In this document: positions 37,389 to 46,676 of the stretch, in pieces
Layout: every line of letters begins with the position of its first letter
How positions within the stretch are numbered: the stretch's first letter is position 1
From: an uncultured Ignavibacteriales bacterium
GTDB lineage: Bacteria; Bacteroidota; Ignavibacteria; Tepidaquicellales; OLB5
NCBI GenBank assembly: GCA_964461265.1
Contig: CAYWTS010000004.1
Coordinates: 52,112 to 116,111, forward strand
Direction: 5' to 3'
Length of the DNA: 64,000 nt
Program-made: the position numbers and the translations under genes
The notes under the pieces: model-generated
What the model was told of the DNA's origin: nothing
Database searches by the model: none
The model's input: only the letters and a program-made list of their open reading frames with translations

Positions 37389-39266
37389 CTATGGCATAAA
37401 TGTTCTCAACCATGTTTCAAAAGAAAGTAATGACCAAATCAAAAGCCTGCGGTTCGTAATACCATTGAAATGTTCGTTTAAATAGTCATTTACTGTACGG
37501 TACTGTAAATACTCATAGATTCTAGCCCGTTTATCTAACAGCAGTCCTTTAATATAGTCAATGCTTTCGCCTTTAAACCAGCTTGCGTCGGGAGCTGAAA
37601 AACCCTGTTTGATGCCCATAGTATATTCTATCGGTACAAATTTTGAAAGTGCTTTCCGCAAAATCATTTTTCCATCGTTTGTTTGTTTAAAAAACTTTTC
37701 GGTTTTGGGACCTAGTTCGTTTTCGTTAATTCTTACCACTTCGGATAAGTTTTTCAGCTTATATCTTACGGGCACTTTCATAGCAAAATCCACAAGGTCA
37801 TTATCTAAAAACGGGACGCGTGTTTCAAGACTGTGAGCCATGCTGATTTTATCTTCAACCTCTAGTAATCCGTGCAAAAAGGTTTTTATTTCAAAATAAA
37901 GCGATAAATTTACATAATCTTCAGGTGATGCTGTACTTATTTTCTTTTTGCTTAGAACCTGTTTAAAAACGTCCTTAGTCTGGTAAGCTAAAATATCGGG
38001 ATAAATAGAAGGATTATAAAATTTAGGTTTGAAACTGTCGGGTATTAATCGTTGCCAGTATCTGTAATATTTTTCCAGATAATGCTCACTATCGTCATTT
38101 ATTACTGCACGGTAATACCTCCAGGGATAGCCTGCAAAAAGTTCGTCTCCACCGGAACCTGCCAATACAACCTTAACAAATTTACTGGCTAGTCTGGAAA
38201 TATAATAGTTTGGATAACATTGTCCAACCCTGAGGTCTTCAAGGTTCCATATCAAGTCATGCATTACCCGCTCCATATCACCCGCCTTTAAAACAATTTC
38301 ATAATGTTCGGTTTTATATAAATTCGAAAGGAATTCTGCTTTTTGGCGTTCATCATAGGCAAGTTCCAGTCCTGAAGCAGAAGACAGATCGAAACCGCAT
38401 GTAAAGGTCTTTAAATTATTGAAGTTTTTGGCTGCAACACATGTAACCGAACCCGAATCCATTCCGCCGCTCAGATATGAACCTATTTCTACATCGCTTA
38501 TTAATTGCCTGTTTACTGATTGTTCAAAAAGCCTTGTTAATTCTTCAATGCTTTCATTCTCTGATATGTCAGTGTTATTGGTAAAATTATAATCCCAGTA
38601 TTGCCTGATATTAAATGAAGCTGAATTTCCGGATTTTACCGTCATTATGCTGGCTGCAGGAAGCATCCTGATTCCCTCGAATAAAGTGAGATCAGAAAAG
38701 ATATTCTGAAAAGAGAAATATTCGTTAAGTGCCTGTACGTTTAATTTCGTAGTTATATCGGGATACTGCAGTAACGATTTAATTTCCGAAGCGAATACAA
38801 GAATGTTATTCTTATAGCTGTAATACAGAGGCTTAATACCGAATCTATCTCTTGCTATGAAAAGTTTTTTCTGGTTTTCATCCCATATTGCGAATGCAAA
38901 CATTCCATTAAGCTTGTATACGCAATCTTCACCCCACTGTTGATATGCTTTGAGTATTACTTCGGTGTCGGTTTGTGAGTGGAATTTGTATCCGTGGGCT
39001 TCAAGTTCAATTCTCAGGTTCGGGAAATTGTAAACCTCACCATTATATGTAATTACTACAGAGCCGTCATCACTTTGCATAGGTTGATGTCCAAGAGGGG
39101 AGAGGTCGATAACTGCAAGTCTTCTGTGGCCGAAACCTACATAAGAGTTTGTCCAGAATCCTTCACCATCCGGTCCGCGGTGCCTGATAATATTAGTCAT
39201 TTTCCTCAGCACGTTGACCGATACCGGTCTTTCATCAACGTTAAATATTCCGGTTATTCCGCACAT
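37389..39266 (-). CDS. Asparagine synthase (glutamine-hydrolysing) family amidotransferase, copy 2
   Basis: 625 aa. N-terminal nucleophile MCGI, HRRLAVIDLS, YNGE(V)YN, and PP-loop SGGMDSGSV. Confidence 0.9.
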   Translation of the reverse strand: MCGITGIFNVDERPVSVNVLRKMTNIIRHRGPDGEGFWTNSYVGFGHRRLAVIDLSPLGHQPMQSDDGSVVITYNGEVYNFPNLRIELEAHGYKFHSQTDTEVILKAYQQWGEDCVYKLNGMFAFAIWDENQKKLFIARDRFGIKPLYYSYKNNILVFASEIKSLLQYPDITTKLNVQALNEYFSFQNIFSDLTLFEGIRMLPAASIMTVKSGNSASFNIRQYWDYNFTNNTDISENESIEELTRLFEQSVNRQLISDVEIGSYLSGGMDSGSVTCVAAKNFNNLKTFTCGFDLSSASGLELAYDERQKAEFLSNLYKTEHYEIVLKAGDMERVMHDLIWNLEDLRVGQCYPNYYISRLASKFVKVVLAGSGGDELFAGYPWRYYRAVINDDSEHYLEKYYRYWQRLIPDSFKPKFYNPSIYPDILAYQTKDVFKQVLSKKKISTASPEDYVNLSLYFEIKTFLHGLLEVEDKISMAHSLETRVPFLDNDLVDFAMKVPVRYKLKNLSEVVRINENELGPKTEKFFKQTNDGKMILRKALSKFVPIEYTMGIKQGFSAPDASWFKGESIDYIKGLLLDKRARIYEYLQYRTVNDYLNEHFNGITNRRLLIWSLLSFETWLRTFMP

Positions 39267-40435
39267 TACAGACTGTATGTTTTGATTTTTTCAATTACAA
39301 AGTTAATTTCTTCATCCTGCATACCACAGTAAAGGGGAAATGCCACCGAACAGCTATCGGAGATGTAAGAAACCGGAAAATCGATGGATTTAATATTATA
39401 CTTACGAACGTAGTACATCTGTAAATGAACTGCGTGAGTTCCGGGTCTTGTTGAAATTCCGTTTTCCTGCAAATATTCCATGAATTTGTTACGTTCGTTT
39501 TTTATACTTTCAGCATTTTGAATAGTAATTTCCTTTGGAGCGAATAAGCATACATATGCCTGATAACCGTGTACATAGTGTTCGTTTTGATATGGAAGTT
39601 TTAACCATTCTATGCTTTTTAGTGCTGAATTGTAAGCATCGGCTATTCTTTTTCTCTCTTCATAAATTTTTACTGCTCTATCCATTTGGCTTGAACCCAG
39701 GGAAGCCTGTATGTCGGTCATGCGGTAATTGAATCCTAAATACGGATAATCGGAAAGGAGATAGGGTTTATTGCCAAAATGCCTCTGGTGGTCTGAAATT
39801 GATGCACCGTGGTCACGCATTGACCTGAGTTTTGATGCAAGTACATCATCGTTTGTGGTTATCATTCCGCCTTCTCCGGTAGTTAATGCCTTTCTGGGGT
39901 GGAAGCTGAAACACCCGGCATTTCCGAAATTACCAGTATGAACACCCTTATATTTTGATGCGAACCCGCATGCTGCATCTTCAATTATAAAAAGCTTATG
40001 CCGGTTTGCTATTTCTATAATTGGGTCCATATCTGCTGAAAGACCGAAGAGATGGACAGGTATTATTGCTTTTGTCTTATTGTTAATTAAATTTTCTAAC
40101 TTCGTGTAATCAATATTAAAAGTATTCTGTATGATATCGCAAAATACAGGTTTTGCCCCCGATGATTCAACCGAGTTTGCCGTTGCTATCCAAGTAAATG
40201 ATGGAACTATTACTTCATCTCCGTAGCCAATTTTCAATGCAGCCAGTGATAAATGTAAAGCAGTAGTGCAGTTAGTCACAGCAATTGAATGCTTTGCTCC
40301 TGTGAAATTACACCATTTTTTTTCAAATTCCTGCACGTAAGGTCCCTGCACAACCCAACCTGTTTCAAGAGGTTTTAATACAGCTTTAAATTCCTCCTGT
40401 GTGAACGATGTTTTTGAAATAGGTATTTTCATCAC
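39266..40435 (-). CDS. DegT/DnrJ/EryC1/StrS-family PLP-dependent sugar aminotransferase
   Basis: 389 aa. GDEVIVPSFTWIATAN, PLP-lysine motif SFHPRKALTTGEGG. 4-nt overlap with the upstream SDR and 1-nt overlap with AsnB copy 2. Confidence 0.9.
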   Translation of the reverse strand: MMKIPISKTSFTQEEFKAVLKPLETGWVVQGPYVQEFEKKWCNFTGAKHSIAVTNCTTALHLSLAALKIGYGDEVIVPSFTWIATANSVESSGAKPVFCDIIQNTFNIDYTKLENLINNKTKAIIPVHLFGLSADMDPIIEIANRHKLFIIEDAACGFASKYKGVHTGNFGNAGCFSFHPRKALTTGEGGMITTNDDVLASKLRSMRDHGASISDHQRHFGNKPYLLSDYPYLGFNYRMTDIQASLGSSQMDRAVKIYEERKRIADAYNSALKSIEWLKLPYQNEHYVHGYQAYVCLFAPKEITIQNAESIKNERNKFMEYLQENGISTRPGTHAVHLQMYYVRKYNIKSIDFPVSYISDSCSVAFPLYCGMQDEEINFVIEKIKTYSL

Positions 40436-41424
40436 TCAAACATTTTCCATCTGTTACCAAAGAGTTTTTTATGTTCATTACGCCATACTATTAGTTTTCT
40501 TAATCCATCTTCGAGCTGAACTTTTGCCTTAAAACCGAGTTCCTTTTCGGCTTTCTCTGTTGAGCCAATCCTGTTTGTGACAAAAGTTGTACCCTCTGGT
40601 TTATATTCGATTGGTAAATCAGACTTATAAATCTTTAGCGTAATTTCTGTTAATTCCCTGATGGAAGTCTTGGTACCCGTTCCAATATTATAAAATTTAT
40701 CTACAGTTTGAGCTTTAAGACCCTGAACATTTGCTGCCGCAGCGTCTTCTACATAGATAAAGTCATAAGACTGTGAGCCATCACCATATACAACTGGAGA
40801 TTTACCGGCATCAAGGTTATCAAGGATTCTCATAATAACGGCAATGTAAGTTCCTTTGTAATCCTGTCTCGGGCCATAAACATTCATATATCTTAATCCA
40901 ATATAATTAACTCCGTATCTGGAATAGAAAGCACGAGCCATTGCTTCACCGGCAATTTTGGTTGCACCGTAGAACGTTCTGTTATTAAAAGGGTGTTCCT
41001 CAGTCATCGGAATTTCAACAGCATCACCGTAAACAGAAGCCGACGAGGAATAAACAAGTCTTTCAATGTTATTGTCCCTGCATGCTTCAAGTACATTGTA
41101 TGTTCCCCGTATATTAGTTTCGAAAGCAGCAGCAGGGTATTCATAACATTGAAGAAGCCATAACGCTGCAAGGTGAATTACCAGGTCGTTCTCTTTCATC
41201 GCTGCGTTTAATATATCTTTTTGGAGTATATCGCCCCCTGCTTCGAAAACCCTGCATCTTGAATCAGATAAAGCTTTTTCGATATTATCAGGAGTACCCC
41301 GAACAAAGTTATCGTAGATTGTAATTTTTTTGATGTCTTCAAGCAATAGCTGGTCGACCACGTGAGAGCCGATAAAGCCCGCTCCTCCTATAACGAGTAT
41401 ATTTTTTCCTCTGATATCGGACAT
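40432..41424 (-). CDS. Extended-SDR NAD-dependent sugar epimerase/dehydratase
   Basis: 330 aa. ILVIGGAGFIGSHV Rossmann motif, SSASVYG, YGATKIAGE (YxxxK), and LRYMNVYGPRQ. Confidence 0.9.
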   Translation of the reverse strand: MSDIRGKNILVIGGAGFIGSHVVDQLLLEDIKKITIYDNFVRGTPDNIEKALSDSRCRVFEAGGDILQKDILNAAMKENDLVIHLAALWLLQCYEYPAAAFETNIRGTYNVLEACRDNNIERLVYSSSASVYGDAVEIPMTEEHPFNNRTFYGATKIAGEAMARAFYSRYGVNYIGLRYMNVYGPRQDYKGTYIAVIMRILDNLDAGKSPVVYGDGSQSYDFIYVEDAAAANVQGLKAQTVDKFYNIGTGTKTSIRELTEITLKIYKSDLPIEYKPEGTTFVTNRIGSTEKAEKELGFKAKVQLEDGLRKLIVWRNEHKKLFGNRWKMFE

Positions 41425-41435
41425 AATAAATACAT

Positions 41436-42098
41436 TTATAATTTTAAGTGATAAACTTCAAAAGCCTCTGCAAATTCGAGACCGAATTGGGCACCCCGTG
41501 CACGCATCAGGCCTTTCATAACGTCTTTAGCGAAATAATAATCCCCGCTTTTTGTTGTAGACCACTGATATTTATAACACTGTGCAGCTTTAATCTTTTT
41601 TTCGACTATTTCCTCATTCAGACTTACATGGAGATGGGGCTTATAGTTATAACCGCTTCTGATTACTTCATACCCGAAAATTGTTTTTTCCCTGAATAAT
41701 CTTAAAACTTCGTCCGCAAGAACTATATGGTCCTGATGTATATCATTGATAGGTGTCGTGAAAACCACATCGACTTCTGTTTTTGTGGCAATATTGTAGA
41801 GAATATTCCTGATTTTTGATTGAAAATCGTGGAAGATTCTTGTAGGAATGTCATATACTTTTACCGGTATTTTTTCCAGGCCAAGTATCTTGAAAGACTT
41901 TGCCTGGTCGTTCAAATCGCGTAATTTGCCATCTTCATACCTGTCGCTCATTACGTAGATTCGGAGGTTAATATTGTTCAGATATTTTAGAATTGTACCT
42001 GCACATCCCACCTCGAAATCATCAGGGTGTGCGCCGAAAACAACTACGTTCTTCTTCTTATTTTTTTTACCGGTATTGGATAGAATGTTTTCTGTCAT
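41436..42098 (-). CDS. PIG-L/LmbE-family N-deacetylase
   Basis: 220 aa. VVFGAHPDDFEVGCAGT and INDIHQDH zinc-binding motifs of the PIG-L family. Confidence 0.85.
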   Translation of the reverse strand: MTENILSNTGKKNKKKNVVVFGAHPDDFEVGCAGTILKYLNNINLRIYVMSDRYEDGKLRDLNDQAKSFKILGLEKIPVKVYDIPTRIFHDFQSKIRNILYNIATKTEVDVVFTTPINDIHQDHIVLADEVLRLFREKTIFGYEVIRSGYNYKPHLHVSLNEEIVEKKIKAAQCYKYQWSTTKSGDYYFAKDVMKGLMRARGAQFGLEFAEAFEVYHLKL

Positions 42099-43305
42099 AT
42101 GCAGAGGTGTTTAATTTACTGATTTGTCTTTCTTTTTTAAGGGTATACAATCTTTTAACAAGAAGGTACAATACAATATTTATATAAACCAAAAATACTA
42201 AAAAATATATCAGTGATTTCGATGCTAAATACATAAGCCCGTTTTTTAACGGTTGCATATTATTGGAATATTGTACAATTGATTGATTGAATTTTGCAAA
42301 AAAGTATTTCACTAGTCTAAAAACAACGTAGTTTGGCTTTGATGACTTAGTGTAATATACATTCTCAAAGTATTTAAAATAATCTCTTTCAACAGCGGTT
42401 CTTTTTGTAAAAAACACAGAATCCTGGTAGAGCTCGTTTTCACGCATAAAGAAATATTTATTGCTGATTTCGACTGCATTCAGAAAATCAGGTTCGTTTC
42501 TTTCTTTAAACCGGAATCCATAGGTCGGGTCAAGCACGTACCATTTCTTAAACCTGCTTGAATATATTTCACACAATGCATGAAGCGGATATCCCACCTG
42601 GGTATTAAAGCCGGGCTCGTATGAATCGCCACCCTGTAAACCGACTATACGGCAGGGAAGTTTAAACCTAATGCTGATATCTCTTAAAATAGTACTGTTG
42701 GTGCCGCATTCAGCTAATTTCAAAGTATCTTTAGCGGCATTAAAATACGAAATAACCTGGTTTATCAACGTATCATTATTATTGAGTAAATCGTTCGACA
42801 CAAGCTTTTCAGGATTTACCCTGAATGATATTGTATCTTCGCTGAATTTGTTGATGTGGCTTACATTAACCGAACTTAGAAATATTTGTTTCCAAAACAT
42901 CTCTTTAGTTTCGGATTTTGATATGACTATGTATAGAGAATCTGTGCCGGGAGAATCTTCGAATTTTAAAAAAATTTTATTTATCTGCTCGATTCCCGTT
43001 ACAGGAAAAGCAAGTTTAACTGAATCGTAGAAACTATATGGTTTATTAGAATCTTTTAATCTAAATGGTTTATTTCCCTCAATTGCCAGTATATCGGTAT
43101 TCGTTAATTTCAGATTTACCCTGGTTAAATTATCATACTCAGGCGGAGGTGAGTAAACATCATAAAGATTATTAACCGGGAAAGCTGTCATAGTTCCCCA
43201 TACAATGTCGAACAATTTATTTATTATTAGTATAGTTAAAATAAATATTATGCTAATGAGAATATATTTTCTGAATATAACAGACTTTGTAATCCCCGTA
43301 AACAT
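42067..43305 (-). CDS. Membrane-anchored transglutaminase-like (Cys-His-Asp) protein
   Basis: 412 aa. N-terminal and C-terminal TM helices. Core ECGTNSTILRDISIRFKLPCRIVGL...GYPLHALCEIYSSRFKKWYVLDPTYG matches the transglutaminase-like pattern (Cys200, His242, Asp259). 32-nt overlap with the PIG-L gene. Confidence 0.65.
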   Translation of the reverse strand: MFTGITKSVIFRKYILISIIFILTILIINKLFDIVWGTMTAFPVNNLYDVYSPPPEYDNLTRVNLKLTNTDILAIEGNKPFRLKDSNKPYSFYDSVKLAFPVTGIEQINKIFLKFEDSPGTDSLYIVISKSETKEMFWKQIFLSSVNVSHINKFSEDTISFRVNPEKLVSNDLLNNNDTLINQVISYFNAAKDTLKLAECGTNSTILRDISIRFKLPCRIVGLQGGDSYEPGFNTQVGYPLHALCEIYSSRFKKWYVLDPTYGFRFKERNEPDFLNAVEISNKYFFMRENELYQDSVFFTKRTAVERDYFKYFENVYYTKSSKPNYVVFRLVKYFFAKFNQSIVQYSNNMQPLKNGLMYLASKSLIYFLVFLVYINIVLYLLVKRLYTLKKERQISKLNTSAYDRKHSIQYR

Positions 43306-43382
43306 ACTTGCTATTTAAAATGATTTATAACATAAAATAAATTCAAGAGAAATAATATCTAAAATTTAAAATAGTCTTGTTT

Positions 43383-45317
43383 TTAAACCTTTTTTGAAAG
43401 GAATTTTTCCAGGCTTAAGATTCTCCATATTTCCCAGCTGAAATCAATCATGGAATTGAAATGTCTGGTTAGCTTTGTTTCTATGTGATGTTTGTTTAAA
43501 TAATTATATACAGGGTTATTTAAGTTTAATAAAGAATCACATACATACTCTTTTAGTGTTGTCCTTGTCCATTTTGCAAACGGAACCGGATAACCGAGTT
43601 TGTCTTTTCTGTTTACGATTTCATCAGGAAGAAATTCTTTTAGAGCATCTCGGTAAAGGGGCCGTGAGATTTTTGAATTGACTAAATATTCATTGTACAG
43701 GTTAATGCCGAATTCCACAAGCCTGTAATCAAGAAACGGTACCCTGCTTTCTATGGAATGTGCCATCGAAGAGCGGTCTTCATAATGTAACAGCGTTGGA
43801 ATTGTTACATTCCTTATAAAATGATAAGACAGGTTATTAATGTAACTTTTATATTTATGTGGCGGTTCAGCGTCATAATAAATAGATTCACCTTTTAGAT
43901 TATTTTTTAACCCCGGGTGGATTATATTATATTGTTCCGAAAGCATTCCTCTTACAAACTTTCCGTAGAACCTGGGATACAACCAGCTTGAGAAGGAATG
44001 TAATCCCTGCAAGTTCAGGTACTTCAGGAAAAGCCAGAAATTTCTTATTAGCTTTGAAACATTGCGGTCTTTTATCAAACCCCGCAAATGAGTAGCATCC
44101 TGAAAATATCCCCCGAAGACTTCATCACCACCCTGCCCGTCAAGTAGCACTTTTACTTTCGGTTTTGCACATTTCATAACATACCATTGCGGGTATAAAC
44201 CGGGTCCTTCAGTAGGAATTTCCTGGTAATAACATAGCTCATCGAAAGTTTTCTCGAATTCGGTATCCGAAGGTATTATTTTATTAGCAGTGCATTTGTA
44301 TAAGTTATTTACAATATCTATGTATTTACTTTCATCGCATTCACTTTCTTTCCATACAGCCGAAAAAGTATTTAATTCGGATTTACGAAACTGCCGTGAA
44401 AGCGAAACAATAGCAGATGAATCAAAACCGCCGCTTAAACAAGTTCCAACCGGAACATCGCTTCTGAACCTGAGCCTAATTGAATCGGTTAATAAATCCA
44501 GTAATTTATTTTCCAGTGTCTGCTTTTTACTTTTATCCTTTGGGGTAACAGGTATATCGTAATACTTGTTACGCTTTATTTTATTGTTTTTTACAATCAG
44601 ATATTCCGAAGGTTCGAGTGAATAAATACGTTTGTAATAAGTGGATTTGGTGTTTAAACGGTTACCGTATAATATAAAAAATGGGATTTTAGATTCATCA
44701 ACATCTGTCAAAGCAGGGTCAAGTGCTGTAATAGGTTTGATTTCGGATGCAAATATAAAATACTCCGGTTCACAGGCATAGTAAAGAGGTTTAACACCAA
44801 AACGGTCGCGGGCAATAAAAAGCTGCTGTTTGTTTTGGTCCCATATTCCGAAAGCCCACATACCGTTAAATTTTTTCAAACAATCTTCGCCCCAGCATAA
44901 ATATGAATTAATAATTACCTCAGTATCAGAATTGGTTTTGAAAGCATAACCTTTTGCAATTAACTCTTCACGCAGTTCGATGTAATTGTAAATTTCTCCG
45001 TTATAAGTTATCCAGATTTTTTGAGATTGGTCGCACATAGGTCCGTGCCCGCGGGGTGAAAGGTCTATGATAGATAGTCTTCTGTGTGCAAGGATGATGT
45101 TGAAATTTTCTGGGTTTACTTCAGAAATATGGTTATAAGAAGACTTAATCTCCCTAACAGAATCATCTCCTGAAAATTCCTGTAATTGTCCTGATGTGGA
45201 GCTTATGTAGGTATACCCTTCGTCATCCGGGCCTCTGTGTTTTAGCAGAGTGTTAAGTGCAGGAATTTTTCTCTTAAGCTCGATTTCATTAGTTAATAAT
45301 CCTACTATCCCGCACAT
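43383..45317 (-). CDS. Asparagine synthase (glutamine-hydrolysing) family amidotransferase, copy 1
   Basis: 644 aa. MCGI nucleophile, HRRLSIIDLS, YNGEIYN, PP-loop SGGFDSSAI. About 30-aa insertion between the RGPD and HRRL motifs relative to copy 2. Confidence 0.9.
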   Translation of the reverse strand: MCGIVGLLTNEIELKRKIPALNTLLKHRGPDDEGYTYISSTSGQLQEFSGDDSVREIKSSYNHISEVNPENFNIILAHRRLSIIDLSPRGHGPMCDQSQKIWITYNGEIYNYIELREELIAKGYAFKTNSDTEVIINSYLCWGEDCLKKFNGMWAFGIWDQNKQQLFIARDRFGVKPLYYACEPEYFIFASEIKPITALDPALTDVDESKIPFFILYGNRLNTKSTYYKRIYSLEPSEYLIVKNNKIKRNKYYDIPVTPKDKSKKQTLENKLLDLLTDSIRLRFRSDVPVGTCLSGGFDSSAIVSLSRQFRKSELNTFSAVWKESECDESKYIDIVNNLYKCTANKIIPSDTEFEKTFDELCYYQEIPTEGPGLYPQWYVMKCAKPKVKVLLDGQGGDEVFGGYFQDATHLRGLIKDRNVSKLIRNFWLFLKYLNLQGLHSFSSWLYPRFYGKFVRGMLSEQYNIIHPGLKNNLKGESIYYDAEPPHKYKSYINNLSYHFIRNVTIPTLLHYEDRSSMAHSIESRVPFLDYRLVEFGINLYNEYLVNSKISRPLYRDALKEFLPDEIVNRKDKLGYPVPFAKWTRTTLKEYVCDSLLNLNNPVYNYLNKHHIETKLTRHFNSMIDFSWEIWRILSLEKFLSKKV

Positions 45318-45329
45318 ATCTGAAAAAGA

Positions 45330-46064
45330 TTAATATAAACCGCCATTTATGTGAAGTACCTGTCCTGTAAGGTAACTGGACTTGTCACTTATAAGAAAAT
45401 GTAAAAGGCTGACTATTTCAGAAGGATTTCCAAATTCCTTACGTGGTATTGAATCTTTTATTTTTTCCCTGATTTCTTCATTGATATTGTAAAGCATACC
45501 TGCATCAAAGTAGCCGAGAGAAATTGTGTTAACAGTTATATTCAAATTTATAACTTCTTTGGAGATGGTTTTTGTTAATCCGGCAAGTCCTGCTTTTGAT
45601 GCGGAATACGCAGCTGTACCGGGTATACCAAGTGAGGGAACAACCGAGGAAATATTTACTATTCTGCCCCATTTATTTTTCCTCATGTGAGGCAGAACGT
45701 GTTTAATGCATAAAAACGGACCGGTTAAATTAACATTAATAACCTTGTTCCACTCGTTTAATCCCAGTTTCCAGCTCATCCCGTCAATCGATATTCCTGC
45801 ATCGTTTATTAAAATATCGATAGTGCCAAAATCATTTAACATATCACCTGCCATTTTTGCTATCTCGTCTTCAATAGTTATATCGGCTTTGTAGTCTTTA
45901 AACTTTATTTTTTTCGGTTCAAGTAATTTTTTTAGTTGTTCAATCCTTTCGGAGTGTGTATTGTAGTTTAAAGCAAGGTTATATCCTGCATCGGCCAGCC
46001 CTTGTGCAATGTGGTTTCCCAGCCCTCCGGATGCTCCAATCAATAATACATTTTTAGTTGTCAT
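45330..46064 (-). CDS. Classical SDR oxidoreductase (FabG-like)
   Basis: 244 aa. LIGASGGLGNHIA (TGxxxGxG-type), NDAG (NNAG variant), YSASKAG. Confidence 0.9.
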   Translation of the reverse strand: MTTKNVLLIGASGGLGNHIAQGLADAGYNLALNYNTHSERIEQLKKLLEPKKIKFKDYKADITIEDEIAKMAGDMLNDFGTIDILINDAGISIDGMSWKLGLNEWNKVINVNLTGPFLCIKHVLPHMRKNKWGRIVNISSVVPSLGIPGTAAYSASKAGLAGLTKTISKEVINLNITVNTISLGYFDAGMLYNINEEIREKIKDSIPRKEFGNPSEIVSLLHFLISDKSSYLTGQVLHINGGLY

Positions 46065-46071
46065 GTTGTTC

Positions 46072-46635
46072 TTATTTTCCTGTAATTATTAATTCGTAAG
46101 TTTGATTTCTGACCTTTTCGAGGTCAGCTATCATGAATAGCTCTTTATTGTTCCTGATACTTTCAATTTGCCAGCCCATTTTAAGAAACAGTATAATCGA
46201 TTTGTTGTTTGTTTTAGGCCATAAGCCTTCCTGATGAGTGAATCCGTTATCGAGTCCGGTTTGGCATAGTTTAATTATGTGAAGTTTGGCAAGGTTGAAA
46301 TTTCGTGTGTCTTTTCTTGCATATGTACAATGATTATGAATTATATTTCCATACACCGATGAAAAGTTAACAAAGCATAATTCATCATATTTATTTACAA
46401 TTGTGAAGCTGTATTTCCATTTATCTACAAGTCCGTTCTGAAAATACTCTTTTGTTTCTGTTTTCCAGCCGTATAAATCTTTATATTCATCCCGGATATT
46501 ATTAACAAAACTCATAAAATCATCGATTCTTCTGTTCATTAATTCTTTGGTAATTAGTAAAATTCTGAAATTATCCGCAGCAAGCTTGTCGTCAACAAAT
46601 TTATGGAAATCTATGAGAGAATAGTCGGTTGTCAT
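46072..46635 (-). CDS. Hypothetical protein, possibly GNAT-fold acyltransferase
   Basis: 187 aa. The C-terminal half (CFVNFS...ARKDTRNFNLAKL...NNKSIILFLKMGWQIE) loosely resembles GNAT beta4-alpha3 and the N..a...y.k.GF motif. Weak. Confidence 0.35.
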   Translation of the reverse strand: MTTDYSLIDFHKFVDDKLAADNFRILLITKELMNRRIDDFMSFVNNIRDEYKDLYGWKTETKEYFQNGLVDKWKYSFTIVNKYDELCFVNFSSVYGNIIHNHCTYARKDTRNFNLAKLHIIKLCQTGLDNGFTHQEGLWPKTNNKSIILFLKMGWQIESIRNNKELFMIADLEKVRNQTYELIITGK

Positions 46636-46676
46636 AAGGAGAATGTGAAGATTTTATTAATTTATAGCCTTTGGTA

